From positions 2,272,001-2,336,000 of the forward strand of contig CP084166.1 in assembly GCA_021513695.1 (NCBI GenBank): 64,000 bases of DNA, written 5' to 3'. Under the pieces are notes generated by a model that worked only from the letters and a program-made list of their open reading frames with translations, was not told where the DNA came from and searched no databases. The DNA comes from Candidatus Heimdallarchaeum aukensis (GTDB taxonomy: Archaea; Asgardarchaeota; Heimdallarchaeia; Heimdallarchaeales; Heimdallarchaeaceae). Below, piece after piece: positions 47,991 through 57,847 of the stretch (positions within the stretch are counted from its first letter, which is position 1; each line of letters opens with the position of its first letter). The translations under genes were made by a program, and so were the position numbers.

Positions 47991-48806
47991 TTATCTGTCC
48001 TCCTTCATCATAATTCTTGCTCCTACTCTTGCTAAGGCAAAAAGAATTGTACTTATAATAATGATAAAAACAGCAACAGGTCTAGCTGCATTTGTTCCTT
48101 GAGAGTTGTATAAATCGAAAACAATTACTGGAGCTGTTAAGGGATAATATGCCATGAAAACCACGGCACCAAACTCTGATGCTGCTCTTGCCCAACACAA
48201 AATAGTACTTGCTAAAATACTTTTTCTCGTTTGAGGAAAAACCACTTTTCTAAATGTGGTAAAAGATGATGCACCTAATATGTGCGAAAAAATTTCAAAA
48301 TCTGGGTCTATTAGATCAAATGTCTCTCTTGCACCTTGTATTAAAATGGGGGCGCTAACGAATAATTGAGCTATTACTATTCCTAGAATTGACCTTGTAA
48401 ATATAGTACCATACTCTGATGGGAATATTTGACCGATTAAACCATATCTACCAAAAACAGATAATAAAGCAATACCAGCAACACTATGGGGGAGAGCTAA
48501 AGGTAAATCTACTAATGTAATAAGAAAATTTTTTCCAAAAAACTCTTTTCTTGAAAAAATATATCCTAAACTAATTCCAAAAAATATTGAGACTATTGCT
48601 GTAATTGTAGCTGTAAAGAAAGTTGTCAGTATTGCTAGTTGCACTTTCTCAATCTTTAGAATCTCAATAAGACTTTGAGGTTTTTCTGAAAAAACCATCC
48701 ACAAAATAGGAATCACTAAAAGAAATAGGGCTAACATACTAAATAAGTAAAGAATAAGATAAAAAAGAGATATTTTTTTGGTAAAATGTTTTATTTTTAC
48801 TTTCAT
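47991..48806 (-). CDS. wtpB: Molybdate/tungstate ABC transporter permease
   Basis: 6 TM. EAA-like loop (ASEFGAVVFMA). Confidence 0.75.
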   Translation of the reverse strand: MKVKIKHFTKKISLFYLILYLFSMLALFLLVIPILWMVFSEKPQSLIEILKIEKVQLAILTTFFTATITAIVSIFFGISLGYIFSRKEFFGKNFLITLVDLPLALPHSVAGIALLSVFGRYGLIGQIFPSEYGTIFTRSILGIVIAQLFVSAPILIQGARETFDLIDPDFEIFSHILGASSFTTFRKVVFPQTRKSILASTILCWARAASEFGAVVFMAYYPLTAPVIVFDLYNSQGTNAARPVAVFIIIISTILFALARVGARIMMKEDR

Positions 48807-48809
48807 AAT

Positions 48810-49844
48810 TTACAGCTCTACATTAGCTATAACTTTATCTTTTAATTTTTCTGGTAATAAACTTATGTTTTTTGTTTGTGGAGGATTAATAACCGGTTGG
48901 TAAGCTTGTTCGCTAATTATTCTTAATCCTTCTTCTGAAAGAATAAAACTAACAAAATCAACGGCTTCTTGGAAATTGGGTGCATTGTTTGGGATTGTTA
49001 ATCCGTACCATATTGCTTTACCTGTTTTTTCAGTAATACCTGGGCCTGTTGTATTTACAACTTCTCCAGTTATCGAGTTAAAGTAAACTGTTGCCTTACT
49101 ATAATAATCATTAAACGATTGGTTTGCGAGATTAATGTGTTCATCCAATTTGATATATGATAAATTATACTGAAGAGCCATGCTTTCATAAAGAAAAGCA
49201 TAGTCTATTTCTCCGATTTGTAATGGCCCCACAAGCTGTGCTTCATTACTTGTCCAAGGGTTTTTGAGTGTGGGGTGATTTATGTAATTATTCCACAGAC
49301 TACTATCATTATAAAAGAATGAAGCAAGTTTAAGAGTAATAAGTGTTCTATATCCACATGGATCATCTGCAGGATTAGATCTAGTTGTTATCACAGATGA
49401 TCGATTTGCATATAGGTACCAATTTGAAGCGTTTATCTCCGATGAAAATTGACTTTTTGAAGTGTAGGCTAAAACTATTGCATTTCTGGCAAAAACAACA
49501 CTCCAATTTGCCCATTTTGGTTGTGTTTCAACCATCATAGTATCAATTAGTTTATAATCAGAACTGAAAAGGATATCAGCTAATCTTCCTTCCTCAGTTA
49601 TTTTTCTTATTGAAGCTGCGCTCCCTGCTGATTCATGTTCAATAACAATATTAGGGTGTTGTCTTTCATATTCTTCTGCTAATTTTTCGATAGGGTAACT
49701 CAAGCTTCCTGCATGAAAAATAACAAGATGTGTTTTTTTATCACGTAAAAGTATCATACTAGCTGAAAATATAAAAGCTACGATAAAAAGACCGATTAAG
49801 ATATTAATAATGATCTTTTTGCTATTCATTATCTTCGAGAACAT
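48810..49844 (-). CDS. wtpA: Molybdate/tungstate ABC transporter substrate-binding protein (WtpA/ModA-like)
   Basis: N-terminal signal/TM anchor. LVIFHAGSL…SAGSAASIRKI…ADILFSSDY resembles the ModA/WtpA anion-binding blocks. Confidence 0.7.
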   Translation of the reverse strand: MFSKIMNSKKIIINILIGLFIVAFIFSASMILLRDKKTHLVIFHAGSLSYPIEKLAEEYERQHPNIVIEHESAGSAASIRKITEEGRLADILFSSDYKLIDTMMVETQPKWANWSVVFARNAIVLAYTSKSQFSSEINASNWYLYANRSSVITTRSNPADDPCGYRTLITLKLASFFYNDSSLWNNYINHPTLKNPWTSNEAQLVGPLQIGEIDYAFLYESMALQYNLSYIKLDEHINLANQSFNDYYSKATVYFNSITGEVVNTTGPGITEKTGKAIWYGLTIPNNAPNFQEAVDFVSFILSEEGLRIISEQAYQPVINPPQTKNISLLPEKLKDKVIANVEL

Positions 49845-50118
49845 CTACAAGATTTAAAAAAATATTTGTTGATATATGGACTTAATTTCTTATAAAATCA
49901 AGCAATAGAGCTTGAGAGATGTTTATCGACACAATAACATTAAATCAAATAGTGGTTATCAAATTGTCGCTTGTAATATATTATGAAGACAGTAAAACAA
50001 CCTTTAGCTTGTTTATCAATTAGAAATAACATATTACTATTTTGTTCTTATTTTCTAATTTTTAAATTAAAAGAGATTTTTTTGTTGTTTTCTCATCTCA
50101 TTAATTGTATCAAAAAGT

Positions 50119-50571
50119 CTAAATTTTTACCGAAGCTATTACAGTTTCAAAGTTTATGTCTTCGAATTTATTAATAATTGAATATCCTTCACTATTAATT
50201 GGTAAGTTTGAAATAAATAAAGCATGTATTCTTCTTCCTTCTGGTTTTACTCTTGTAATACGTTCGATGAAATCTTTTATGTCTTCAATAGGAACAAAGC
50301 TGTCTCTATAAAACCTACATTCACCTAAAATAAGTTTTTGTTCATTAAAAGCTACAAAATCAAAAATGAGTATCTCGTTCAGTGTCCAACTTACCCATTG
50401 ATATCCATCGTTTTCATAATCATACATAGGGATATCGAAACCTGATTTTTTTAATTCCTCAACACATAGTTTTACAACATCTGGATGAGCCTTACCAGGG
50501 ACAAAGTAACTTAATTTAGGTAATATATTTGATATTTTTAGTACTAGTTGTGTTGTGAGATTCATCCTCAT
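50119..50571 (-). CDS. Hypothetical protein (possible PD-(D/E)xK-like nuclease fold)
   Basis: FDFVAF…LGECRF could be a degenerate D…ExK. Weak. Confidence 0.25.
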   Translation of the reverse strand: MRMNLTTQLVLKISNILPKLSYFVPGKAHPDVVKLCVEELKKSGFDIPMYDYENDGYQWVSWTLNEILIFDFVAFNEQKLILGECRFYRDSFVPIEDIKDFIERITRVKPEGRRIHALFISNLPINSEGYSIINKFEDINFETVIASVKI

Positions 50572-50752
50572 TTTTTATATTGGAAAATAGTATAAGAATA
50601 TATTCATCATCTTGATTTTCGTATATTTTTTTCATTCTCTGTTGTTACTTCATATTTTGTCCTATTTCATTCATTTTTTTCATTTTCTTCTTTAGTAAAA
50701 GGTCTTTATCTCTAAACTTAAATATAATAGTAAAAATCTCGATTTAGTTAAA

Positions 50753-51625
50753 ATGAGTTTCGAGATTCTGGATACACGAGAGTTAAATTCCGAGAATACT
50801 TGGATGAAAATTAAAGCTCCTTTAATTGCTGAAAGATGTAAAGCAGGACAATTTGTTATTATACGTGCAAATGAAAAAGGAGAACGAATTCCTCTAACCA
50901 TTGCTAATTGGGATAAAGAAGAAGGTTCTTTTGAAGTTGTTTTTCAAAAAGTGGGTGCAAGTACATTAGAATTAGGCACTTACAAAAAAGGAGATCTATT
51001 GCTCGATGTTGTAGGTCCTTTAGGAATACCCACACATACAGAAGGAGCGGGAAATACCGTGGTTATTGGTGGAGGATTAGGAATTGCAATTGCTACTCCT
51101 GTTGCACGAGCTTATAAAGAAGCAGGAAATAAAGTACATGTTATTATAGGGGCTCGAACAAAAGAATTGCTCTTTAATATTGAAATTTTAGAATCTTTTG
51201 CAGATGGACTAACGATTTGTACAGATGACGGTAGTTTTGGTATTAAAGGCTTTGTGACCCAACCATTACAAGAAATGATCGATAAAGGAGAAAAAATTGA
51301 TACTGTATTTTGTGTTGGCCCCCCCATAATGATGAAGTTTATTTCAAAAATAACAGAAAAACATGGGATTCACACTGTTGCTTCTCTCAATACTATTATG
51401 TTAGATGGAACAGGTATGTGTGGTGCATGTAGAGTTACTGTTGGTGACGAAATTAAATTTGTTTGTGTTGACGGTCCTGACTTCGATGCACATTTAGTAG
51501 ATTGGGATGAAATGATGGCTAGAACACAAGCTTATAGAGAAGAAGAGAAAATAGCATTAGAGCACTACCATAAATGTAGAGCTGAAAAGGCTTTAGAAGA
51601 GCAAAATGCTCAAGAAAATAAGTAG
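50753..51625 (+). CDS. nfnA: NfnA / sulfide dehydrogenase beta-subunit-like FAD/[2Fe-2S] protein
   Basis: FNR-like fold (GQFVIIR…RIPLTIANW), GGGLGIA, C-terminal CGACRV…C cluster. Immediately upstream of the GltD-like partner. Confidence 0.7.
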   Translation: MSFEILDTRELNSENTWMKIKAPLIAERCKAGQFVIIRANEKGERIPLTIANWDKEEGSFEVVFQKVGASTLELGTYKKGDLLLDVVGPLGIPTHTEGAGNTVVIGGGLGIAIATPVARAYKEAGNKVHVIIGARTKELLFNIEILESFADGLTICTDDGSFGIKGFVTQPLQEMIDKGEKIDTVFCVGPPIMMKFISKITEKHGIHTVASLNTIMLDGTGMCGACRVTVGDEIKFVCVDGPDFDAHLVDWDEMMARTQAYREEEKIALEHYHKCRAEKALEEQNAQENK

Positions 51626-51637
51626 AGGTAGAAAAAG

Positions 51638-53104
51638 ATGGGTTCCGAAGCAAAAAAAAGTAGGGGTAGAAAGCCATTAGTAAGAACAAGATTACCTATG
51701 GCTACACAGAGACCAGAAGATAGAGTAAAAAATTTTAATGAAGTTCCTTATGGTTATAATGAAGCAGAAGCAGTCCTTGAATCACAAAGATGCCTTCAAT
51801 GTAGAAACGCTCCTTGTGTTAAAGGATGTCCTGTTGAAGTTCCAATTCCTCAATTTATTAAATTGGTTCAAGAAGGTAAATTCGTTGAGGCTGCAGAAGT
51901 AATAAAAACAAAAAATAGTCTTCCTGCTATAACTGGAAGAGTATGCCCACAAGAACTTCAATGTGAAGCACGTTGTGTTATGGGGAGAAGATATCAACCT
52001 GTATCAATAGGTAATCTTGAACGTTTTGTTGCTGATTATGCAAGAGAACATGGTGAAGCGTTACCTGAACTCCCTGAACCAACTGGAAAAAAAGTGGCTG
52101 TAGTAGGTGCAGGCCCAGCAGGATTAACATGTGCAGGGGATCTAGCTTTACTTGGACATGAAGTAACAGTTTTTGAAGCTCTTCATGCTCCTGGTGGTGT
52201 TTTAATATATGGTATTCCAGAATTTCGTTTACCTAAAGATATTGTCAGATATGAAACTAATTACTTAAAGAAATTAGGTGTAAAGATTATACCCAATTTT
52301 ATTATTGGGAAAAATAAAACCGTTAAAGAGCTACTAAATGAATTTGATGCAGTTTTTATAGGCACTGGTGCAGGTTCTCCAAGATTGCTAAAAATTCCAG
52401 GAATAAACCTAGTTAATGTATATTCAGCTAATGAATACCTAACCAGAGTAAATCTGTTGAAAGGTTATCTGTTTCCTGAATATAAAACTCCAGTGAAAAA
52501 AGGAAAAACTGTTATTACAATTGGAGCTGGAAACGTAGCTATGGATGCGGCACGAACCGCAAAAAGACTTGGAGCAGAGAACTCAATAATAGTTTACAGA
52601 AGAAGTAAAAAAGAATGTCCAGCTAGAGTAGAAGAAGTACATCACGCAGAGGAAGAAGGTATAGATTTCAGATTTTTAACTAATCCAATTAGAATAATAG
52701 GCGATGAAAATGGACGTGTAAAGGCTTTAGAATGCCTGCGTTACAAACTTGGCGAACCAGATGAAACAGGAAGAGCTAAACCTATTCCTATTGAAGGTTC
52801 AGAGCATATAATCGAATGTGATGTTGTTATAATTGCAATTGGAAACAATCCTAACCCCATTATTCCTCAAACTACACCAGACTTAGAAACTAGTAAGTGG
52901 GGAACAATAATCACTAACTCGAAAACAGGAGAAACTAGTTTACAACGAGTTTATGCTGGAGGAGATATAGCAACAGGAGCAGCAACAGTTATTGCAGCGA
53001 TGGGAGCAGGAAAAATAGCCGCAAAAAGCATCCACAAACAATTAATGGGTCACGAAATCGATGAAGAAGAACATAACCTCGAAGTTGGCAAATGTGACTC
53101 TTAA
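51638..53104 (+). CDS. nfnB: NfnB / GltD-family NADPH-dependent oxidoreductase (sulfide dehydrogenase alpha-like)
   Basis: CLQCRNAPCVKGCPV and CPQELQCEARC (2x[4Fe-4S]). Two Rossmann motifs, VVGAGPAGLTCA and TIGAGNVAMDAA. Confidence 0.8.
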   Translation: MGSEAKKSRGRKPLVRTRLPMATQRPEDRVKNFNEVPYGYNEAEAVLESQRCLQCRNAPCVKGCPVEVPIPQFIKLVQEGKFVEAAEVIKTKNSLPAITGRVCPQELQCEARCVMGRRYQPVSIGNLERFVADYAREHGEALPELPEPTGKKVAVVGAGPAGLTCAGDLALLGHEVTVFEALHAPGGVLIYGIPEFRLPKDIVRYETNYLKKLGVKIIPNFIIGKNKTVKELLNEFDAVFIGTGAGSPRLLKIPGINLVNVYSANEYLTRVNLLKGYLFPEYKTPVKKGKTVITIGAGNVAMDAARTAKRLGAENSIIVYRRSKKECPARVEEVHHAEEEGIDFRFLTNPIRIIGDENGRVKALECLRYKLGEPDETGRAKPIPIEGSEHIIECDVVIIAIGNNPNPIIPQTTPDLETSKWGTIITNSKTGETSLQRVYAGGDIATGAATVIAAMGAGKIAAKSIHKQLMGHEIDEEEHNLEVGKCDS

Positions 53105-53177
53105 ATTTCTAAACCTTTTTTTAATTCCCTTTCAATCTTTTTTTGGTAAAAAAGTCTTAATCCAGTATTGATCTTAT

Positions 53178-53657
53178 CTATAAGATTAAACGATAAAGAT
53201 AGGCATTTTCTCCATCTTCATAATATTTTCGAATAGTTCTGATTCGCTTAAAACCCATTTTTTCATATAGATTAATTGCATAATTATTAGTTACTCTTAC
53301 CTCGAGTTTAATCGAACTAAAACCTAGTTCTTTTACTTTAGTTACGAAGTATCTAAGCAGCATTTTTCCGTATCCTTTCTTCCTAAAATTTCTATGAATT
53401 GCTATAGAAAGTATATGTGCTTCAGACTTAAATGATGATCTTCCACCAAGAATGAAACCTATTATCTTGCTATTAGAATTACTATTATCCAATAAATTAA
53501 CATCTGTTTCTAAAACAAAGCATAGGTCAGGATTCTGAAAGAAAATTAAGGAAATATACGATTCAGGGAAAGGAAATGCAAACGTGATTCGCTCTAAATC
53601 ATAAACATCAATAATATCTTCAGCTTGCATTTCCCTTATCTGCACCATAAGTTTCAC
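53178..53657 (-). CDS. GNAT N-acetyltransferase (RimI-like)
   Basis: 159 aa. GNAT motif A region RKKGYGKMLL. Confidence 0.6.
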   Translation of the reverse strand: MKLMVQIREMQAEDIIDVYDLERITFAFPFPESYISLIFFQNPDLCFVLETDVNLLDNSNSNSKIIGFILGGRSSFKSEAHILSIAIHRNFRKKGYGKMLLRYFVTKVKELGFSSIKLEVRVTNNYAINLYEKMGFKRIRTIRKYYEDGENAYLYRLIL

Positions 53658-54057
53658 AATTAGTAGTCATTGATTACAACCATAGTTTAGTAGAAAAAAA
53701 CTTTGTGTTCTATTAAATAGTTTAAAATAGGGAAAGTTAAATAAGACTTTGAGTAGATTCTTATGCCTTCTATCGAGGACTTGCTAGAGGTTGTTTATGA
53801 CAAACGATGAAAGCAAGAGCAAAAAGAAGGCTACAGCCTATCATATACGGGCTCTTTACCAAGTTGAGTGTGTCACTCAGAACAATGAGGTTGAGTCAAC
53901 CCTGATAGGCTACATTGGGTTCTCCTGAGGAGCTCTGCTAGCAGATGTGGGGTTGTCCCAAAGATGAAGCTTAGTGTTAGCCTTAGGGGAACCCTTTAGT
54001 TATATTGAAACAGAAAAATTAAAAATAGGTTGGAATTAAGCAATTCAGTAGAAAATA

Positions 54058-54132
54058 GGGGTAGTAGTCTAGTGGTATGACAACGCCTTCACGCGGCGTA
54101 GGTCGCAGGTTCAATTCCTGCCTACCCCACCA
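54058..54132 (+). tRNA. tRNA-Val (anticodon CAC), CCA encoded
   Basis: Acceptor GGGGTAG/CTACCCC, anticodon stem ACGCC/GGCGT, loop TTCACGC, T-arm GCAGGTTCAATTCCTGC. Confidence 0.85.
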
Positions 54133-54140
54133 CTAACAAT

Positions 54141-55121
54141 TTGTTGAGAAATCAAATGTCAGAATCAAATACTGATCACGGATTTATTGACCTTTTTTCG
54201 GGAGCTGGAGGTTTTAGTTCTGGGTTTAGACTTGCTGGCTTTAAAGAATTACTCGCTATTGAAAGAGATCCCTCTGCCTTAAGAACATACAACTTGAACC
54301 TGCCTGATGCAATTTGTATAAATGATGATATACGAAATATTCATTCCTTAGAAATAGAACAAAAATGTTCTCAAAAACCAACAGTTATATTAGCTTCTCC
54401 TCCTTGTGAACCATTCACTGCTGCAAATACAAAACGAAAGGAAACTGCGTGGGAAAGGTTTTTTGAGGACCCTCAAGGTGATTTAATTTTTCATGCAATA
54501 AGGATAATCAAAGACTTGAATCCCGATTTTTTTGTTATTGAAAATGTTGTGCCTATTATAGATGGTGAAGGAAAAGATATTATTCTCGAAGCTTTTGCAG
54601 ACTCCAAATTCCAAGACATCCATTTTAATGTTATTCGTGCAGAAAAACACGGTTCTCCTTCTTCTAGAAAACGTGTTTTTATTTCTAACATTAATCTTAA
54701 TTTAGAGAAAAAAAAGACTGTTACTGTTGGTCAAGCTTTATCTGGTCTTCAGGATCCTTCCTATCCAAATGATCTTCCCAATCATTTTTTATCTCCTGTT
54801 CCTGATAAGATTCAAAAAAGAATTCATCAAATCAAGCCTGGGCATGCAGCTGTTTACTTTGAAGGAGCTTTAAGTGAAAAAGTAAATTGGGTCAAGCTTG
54901 ATAAAGACAAAGTTTCCCCTACTGTGATGGGGAAATCTCGATTTATTCATTTTCATCAAGATAGAGCCTTAACTGTACGTGAACATGGACGATTGATGAC
55001 CTTTCATGATGATTTTAAATTTACTGGAACGATTGAGGAAATGTATAACCAAGTTGGAGAGGCAGTTCCTCCATTAATTTCTTATTTGATCGCAGAAGAG
55101 ATAAAAAAACAAATTAGTTGA
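54141..55121 (+). CDS. dcm: DNA (cytosine-5)-methyltransferase, orphan
   Basis: Motif I FIDLFSGAGGFSSGF, motif IV ASPPCEPFT (PCE instead of canonical PCQ), motif VI FVIENV, motif VIII region QDIHFNVIRAEKHGSPSSRKR. Starts 9 bp after tRNA-Val. Confidence 0.8.
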   Translation: MLRNQMSESNTDHGFIDLFSGAGGFSSGFRLAGFKELLAIERDPSALRTYNLNLPDAICINDDIRNIHSLEIEQKCSQKPTVILASPPCEPFTAANTKRKETAWERFFEDPQGDLIFHAIRIIKDLNPDFFVIENVVPIIDGEGKDIILEAFADSKFQDIHFNVIRAEKHGSPSSRKRVFISNINLNLEKKKTVTVGQALSGLQDPSYPNDLPNHFLSPVPDKIQKRIHQIKPGHAAVYFEGALSEKVNWVKLDKDKVSPTVMGKSRFIHFHQDRALTVREHGRLMTFHDDFKFTGTIEEMYNQVGEAVPPLISYLIAEEIKKQIS

Positions 55122-55174
55122 AAGTATCAATTTTTCCAAAACATTTAATTTTTCTATAGTAAATTTCTTTTAGA

Positions 55175-56227
55175 ATGTCTTCGAGTAAATCATCTAGTAA
55201 AGCGAAAAGGATAAATTTTTCCACTCTTTTTAAAGGAATAATTAAAGCTGGTTATTGTGCTTCTTGTGGAGCTTGTGTAAGTGTCTGTCCTGTTAATAGT
55301 ATTGAAATGCAAAATGATCTTCCAAAACTTGTTTCTACATGCATTTCTTGTGGAGCTTGTGTAGATGCTTGTTATCGTTTCCAAAAACGAGAGAAACAAG
55401 AACAAGCAGCAATGGATCCGAATGAAATTTTAGAAATATATACTGCTAAAGCTAAAGATGAACGTATTTATACTCAAGCACAGAATGGGGGTGTTGTTAC
55501 AACTCTTCTAGTTCATGCATTTGAGGAAGGGCTAATTGATGGGGCTTTAGTTACGGATAAGTACTCTAATCTTTTTGAACCTAAACCTATCCTAGTAAAT
55601 ACCTCAGAAGGTGTTATTCATGGGGCTGGATCAAAATATGTTATTAGTAATAGCTTAACAAAATTAGATGCTGTTCGTACTAGTCATAAAAAGAAAGCAG
55701 CAATTGTTGGTGTTCCTTGTCATATTGAATCTCTTACACGAATCATGGAATTTGGATATCTGGGACTTGATCATAGGGTTGCTTTGAAAATAGGTCTATT
55801 CTGTATGCACTCTTATGATAAAAATCTGCTCAAACAATTTGTTGCTGATAAATTTAACATTACTCCTGAACAAATAATAAAGATGGATATTGATAAAGGT
55901 AAGTTCATTTTTGTTACTGAAACAGAGAAATACAAAGTAAAGTTATCAGATATAGATTCCGCTTTCTACAATGGATGCCACTTTTGTTCAGATTTTACTG
56001 CAGACTATTCAGATATTGCTGTAGGTAATATTGGTGTAGACACAAAGAGCAATGTTGTTTTAGTTCGCACTCAGAAAGGCAAAGAATTGTTTGAATCTGC
56101 AATCGAAAAGGGACTTCTTGAAGTAACAAAAATTGATTCTTCAGAATGGGAGACAAAATTTGGGCTTGTCTTCAAACTTGAAAAAAGAAAGAAAAAAGAG
56201 GCTAAAGCCCTTCCCGCTCTAGACTAA
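55175..56227 (+). CDS. Coenzyme F420 hydrogenase/dehydrogenase beta-subunit family protein (FrhB/FdhB-like) with N-terminal 2x[4Fe-4S] ferredoxin
   Basis: CASCGACVSVCP and CISCGACVDAC, followed by a FrhB-type flavin domain (GAGSKYVISN…GVPCHIES…CHFCSDFTADYSDIAVGN). Confidence 0.55.
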   Translation: MSSSKSSSKAKRINFSTLFKGIIKAGYCASCGACVSVCPVNSIEMQNDLPKLVSTCISCGACVDACYRFQKREKQEQAAMDPNEILEIYTAKAKDERIYTQAQNGGVVTTLLVHAFEEGLIDGALVTDKYSNLFEPKPILVNTSEGVIHGAGSKYVISNSLTKLDAVRTSHKKKAAIVGVPCHIESLTRIMEFGYLGLDHRVALKIGLFCMHSYDKNLLKQFVADKFNITPEQIIKMDIDKGKFIFVTETEKYKVKLSDIDSAFYNGCHFCSDFTADYSDIAVGNIGVDTKSNVVLVRTQKGKELFESAIEKGLLEVTKIDSSEWETKFGLVFKLEKRKKKEAKALPALD

Positions 56228-56235
56228 CCATTGAT

Positions 56236-57000
56236 TTGGTGATCTCTTCATTGAAAAAAATTGAACTTTTTTCCATTCCTTTTCCTATTGTTAAAAAAGG
56301 AGATAATATCGCTGAACTGATTCTAAAAGAATTAAGTGAAAACAATATAGAAATTCAAGATGGAGACATTTTTGTTATTGCTCACACTATTATTTCTCGC
56401 GCAGATGGAAATGAATACTATCTACCAACAATTTCTCCTTCTTTTCTTGCTGAAATAATTTCTCGTAAAACAGGAAAAGACCCTTCTTTAGTTCAATTAA
56501 TTCTAAATGAGTCGTCTTCTCTAGAGAAAGTTCAGAATAACATTATTATTAGTAAACATCGTCTAGGGTGGATATCTGCTAATGCCGCAGTTGATCAGTC
56601 CAACTCTCTTCCTAACCATGCTGTTACGTTACCTACTGATCCTGAAAAAACTGCTAAAAAAATTGGCTCTTATTTACAATCCAAATTAAAGAAAAAGATT
56701 TCAATATTGATTTCAGATACTCATGGTCGTGCTCTTAGGAGAGGAGCAATTAACATAGCAATTGGTTCTTATAATTTTTCAGTAATTGATGATGCAAGAG
56801 GTCGCAAAGATATTTTTGGCAATGAACTAAAATCCACTCTTGTGGCATTAGCTGATGAAGTTTGTTCTGCTGCAGAGTTATTAATGGGACAAGCTGACGA
56901 AATGTCTCCGATTGTTATTATAAGAGGATTTACTCAACGTTCACCTGTTTCTTCAATTTATGAATTGCAATATGAAGATGATAAACGACTTTTTAAATGA
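56236..57000 (+). CDS. cofE: Coenzyme F420-0:L-glutamate ligase CofE
   Basis: Block-wise similarity to CofE: KKGDNIAELIL, GDIFVIAHTIISRADG, ISDTHGRALRRGAINIAIG, DIFGNELKST, ELLMGQADEMSPIVIIRGF. Confidence 0.75.
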   Translation: MVISSLKKIELFSIPFPIVKKGDNIAELILKELSENNIEIQDGDIFVIAHTIISRADGNEYYLPTISPSFLAEIISRKTGKDPSLVQLILNESSSLEKVQNNIIISKHRLGWISANAAVDQSNSLPNHAVTLPTDPEKTAKKIGSYLQSKLKKKISILISDTHGRALRRGAINIAIGSYNFSVIDDARGRKDIFGNELKSTLVALADEVCSAAELLMGQADEMSPIVIIRGFTQRSPVSSIYELQYEDDKRLFK

Positions 57001-57063
57001 AAAAAGAGTAAGTTTAAATAATAACCAAATTAATTCAATCAACAAAAGCAATTCGCTTGTAAG

Positions 57064-57795
57064 GTGTATTATGTGTTTAAACGTTCAAAACGCTCAAAGC
57101 TTGAAGAAGCTAATATACTCTTAGGAGAAGCAAAGGTTCTAGGTCAGCAAAGGAAATATCAAGAAGCCACTGAAACAATTGAAAAAGCAATAGCACTTTT
57201 TACACAGGAAAATGATAGACAAAAACTTGATCTGTCTAAAGCTCTATTTTATGAATTCAAAGCTGAACAATCTATAAAGTCTAACAGAGCTTTAGAAGCT
57301 TCTAACTATCTCGGGAGAGCCGGAGGATTTTACATGCGTTTGCATATGGTTAACGATTTAAACCGGGTTTACAAGAAACAAGCGGACATTTTACTTATTC
57401 TAGCTAGACAAACTATGAAAGAAAAACATTTTATTGAAGCAGCGTCTTATTTTGAGCAAGCCGCTATGGCTTATCAAAAATTAAAAAATAAAGAAATGGA
57501 ACTTGATTGTAAAGCTAAATCTTATGTTTCTCGTGCAGCTGCAGAAAAAACTATATCTGGAAGGAAGGTTTATCTTAGAAAAGCAGTGGAAATAATGCAA
57601 GAAACAGGAACTGATAATCCAATAATAAAGGGCCATCTAGCTTATTATAATGGTTTATTTATTAAGGAAGAAAAGAAAGAGGAAGCTCTTCGCTATTTTA
57701 GTGAAGCTTTACAGAACTATCAAAAAGCTGGAATGTCAAAAAGGGTAGAAGAAATAAAAAAGATGATTAATGACCTAGTTTCAAGCCAGATCTAG
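57064..57795 (+). CDS. TPR-like helical repeat protein
   Basis: Repeated ~34-aa A/Y/L patterns. Confidence 0.4.
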   Translation: MYYVFKRSKRSKLEEANILLGEAKVLGQQRKYQEATETIEKAIALFTQENDRQKLDLSKALFYEFKAEQSIKSNRALEASNYLGRAGGFYMRLHMVNDLNRVYKKQADILLILARQTMKEKHFIEAASYFEQAAMAYQKLKNKEMELDCKAKSYVSRAAAEKTISGRKVYLRKAVEIMQETGTDNPIIKGHLAYYNGLFIKEEKKEEALRYFSEALQNYQKAGMSKRVEEIKKMINDLVSSQI

Positions 57796-57847
57796 TTTCA
57801 AAATAGTAGAATTGTTCTGACTTACTTTATTAGAGATGAATAAAATA

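Noticed and set aside
53750-54000. Possible RNase P RNA upstream of tRNA-Val
   Set aside because: No GGAAAGUCCGGGC (CR-I) or ACAGAA…GGCUUA (CR-IV/V) motifs are visible. Kept only as an unassigned GC-elevated non-coding region.
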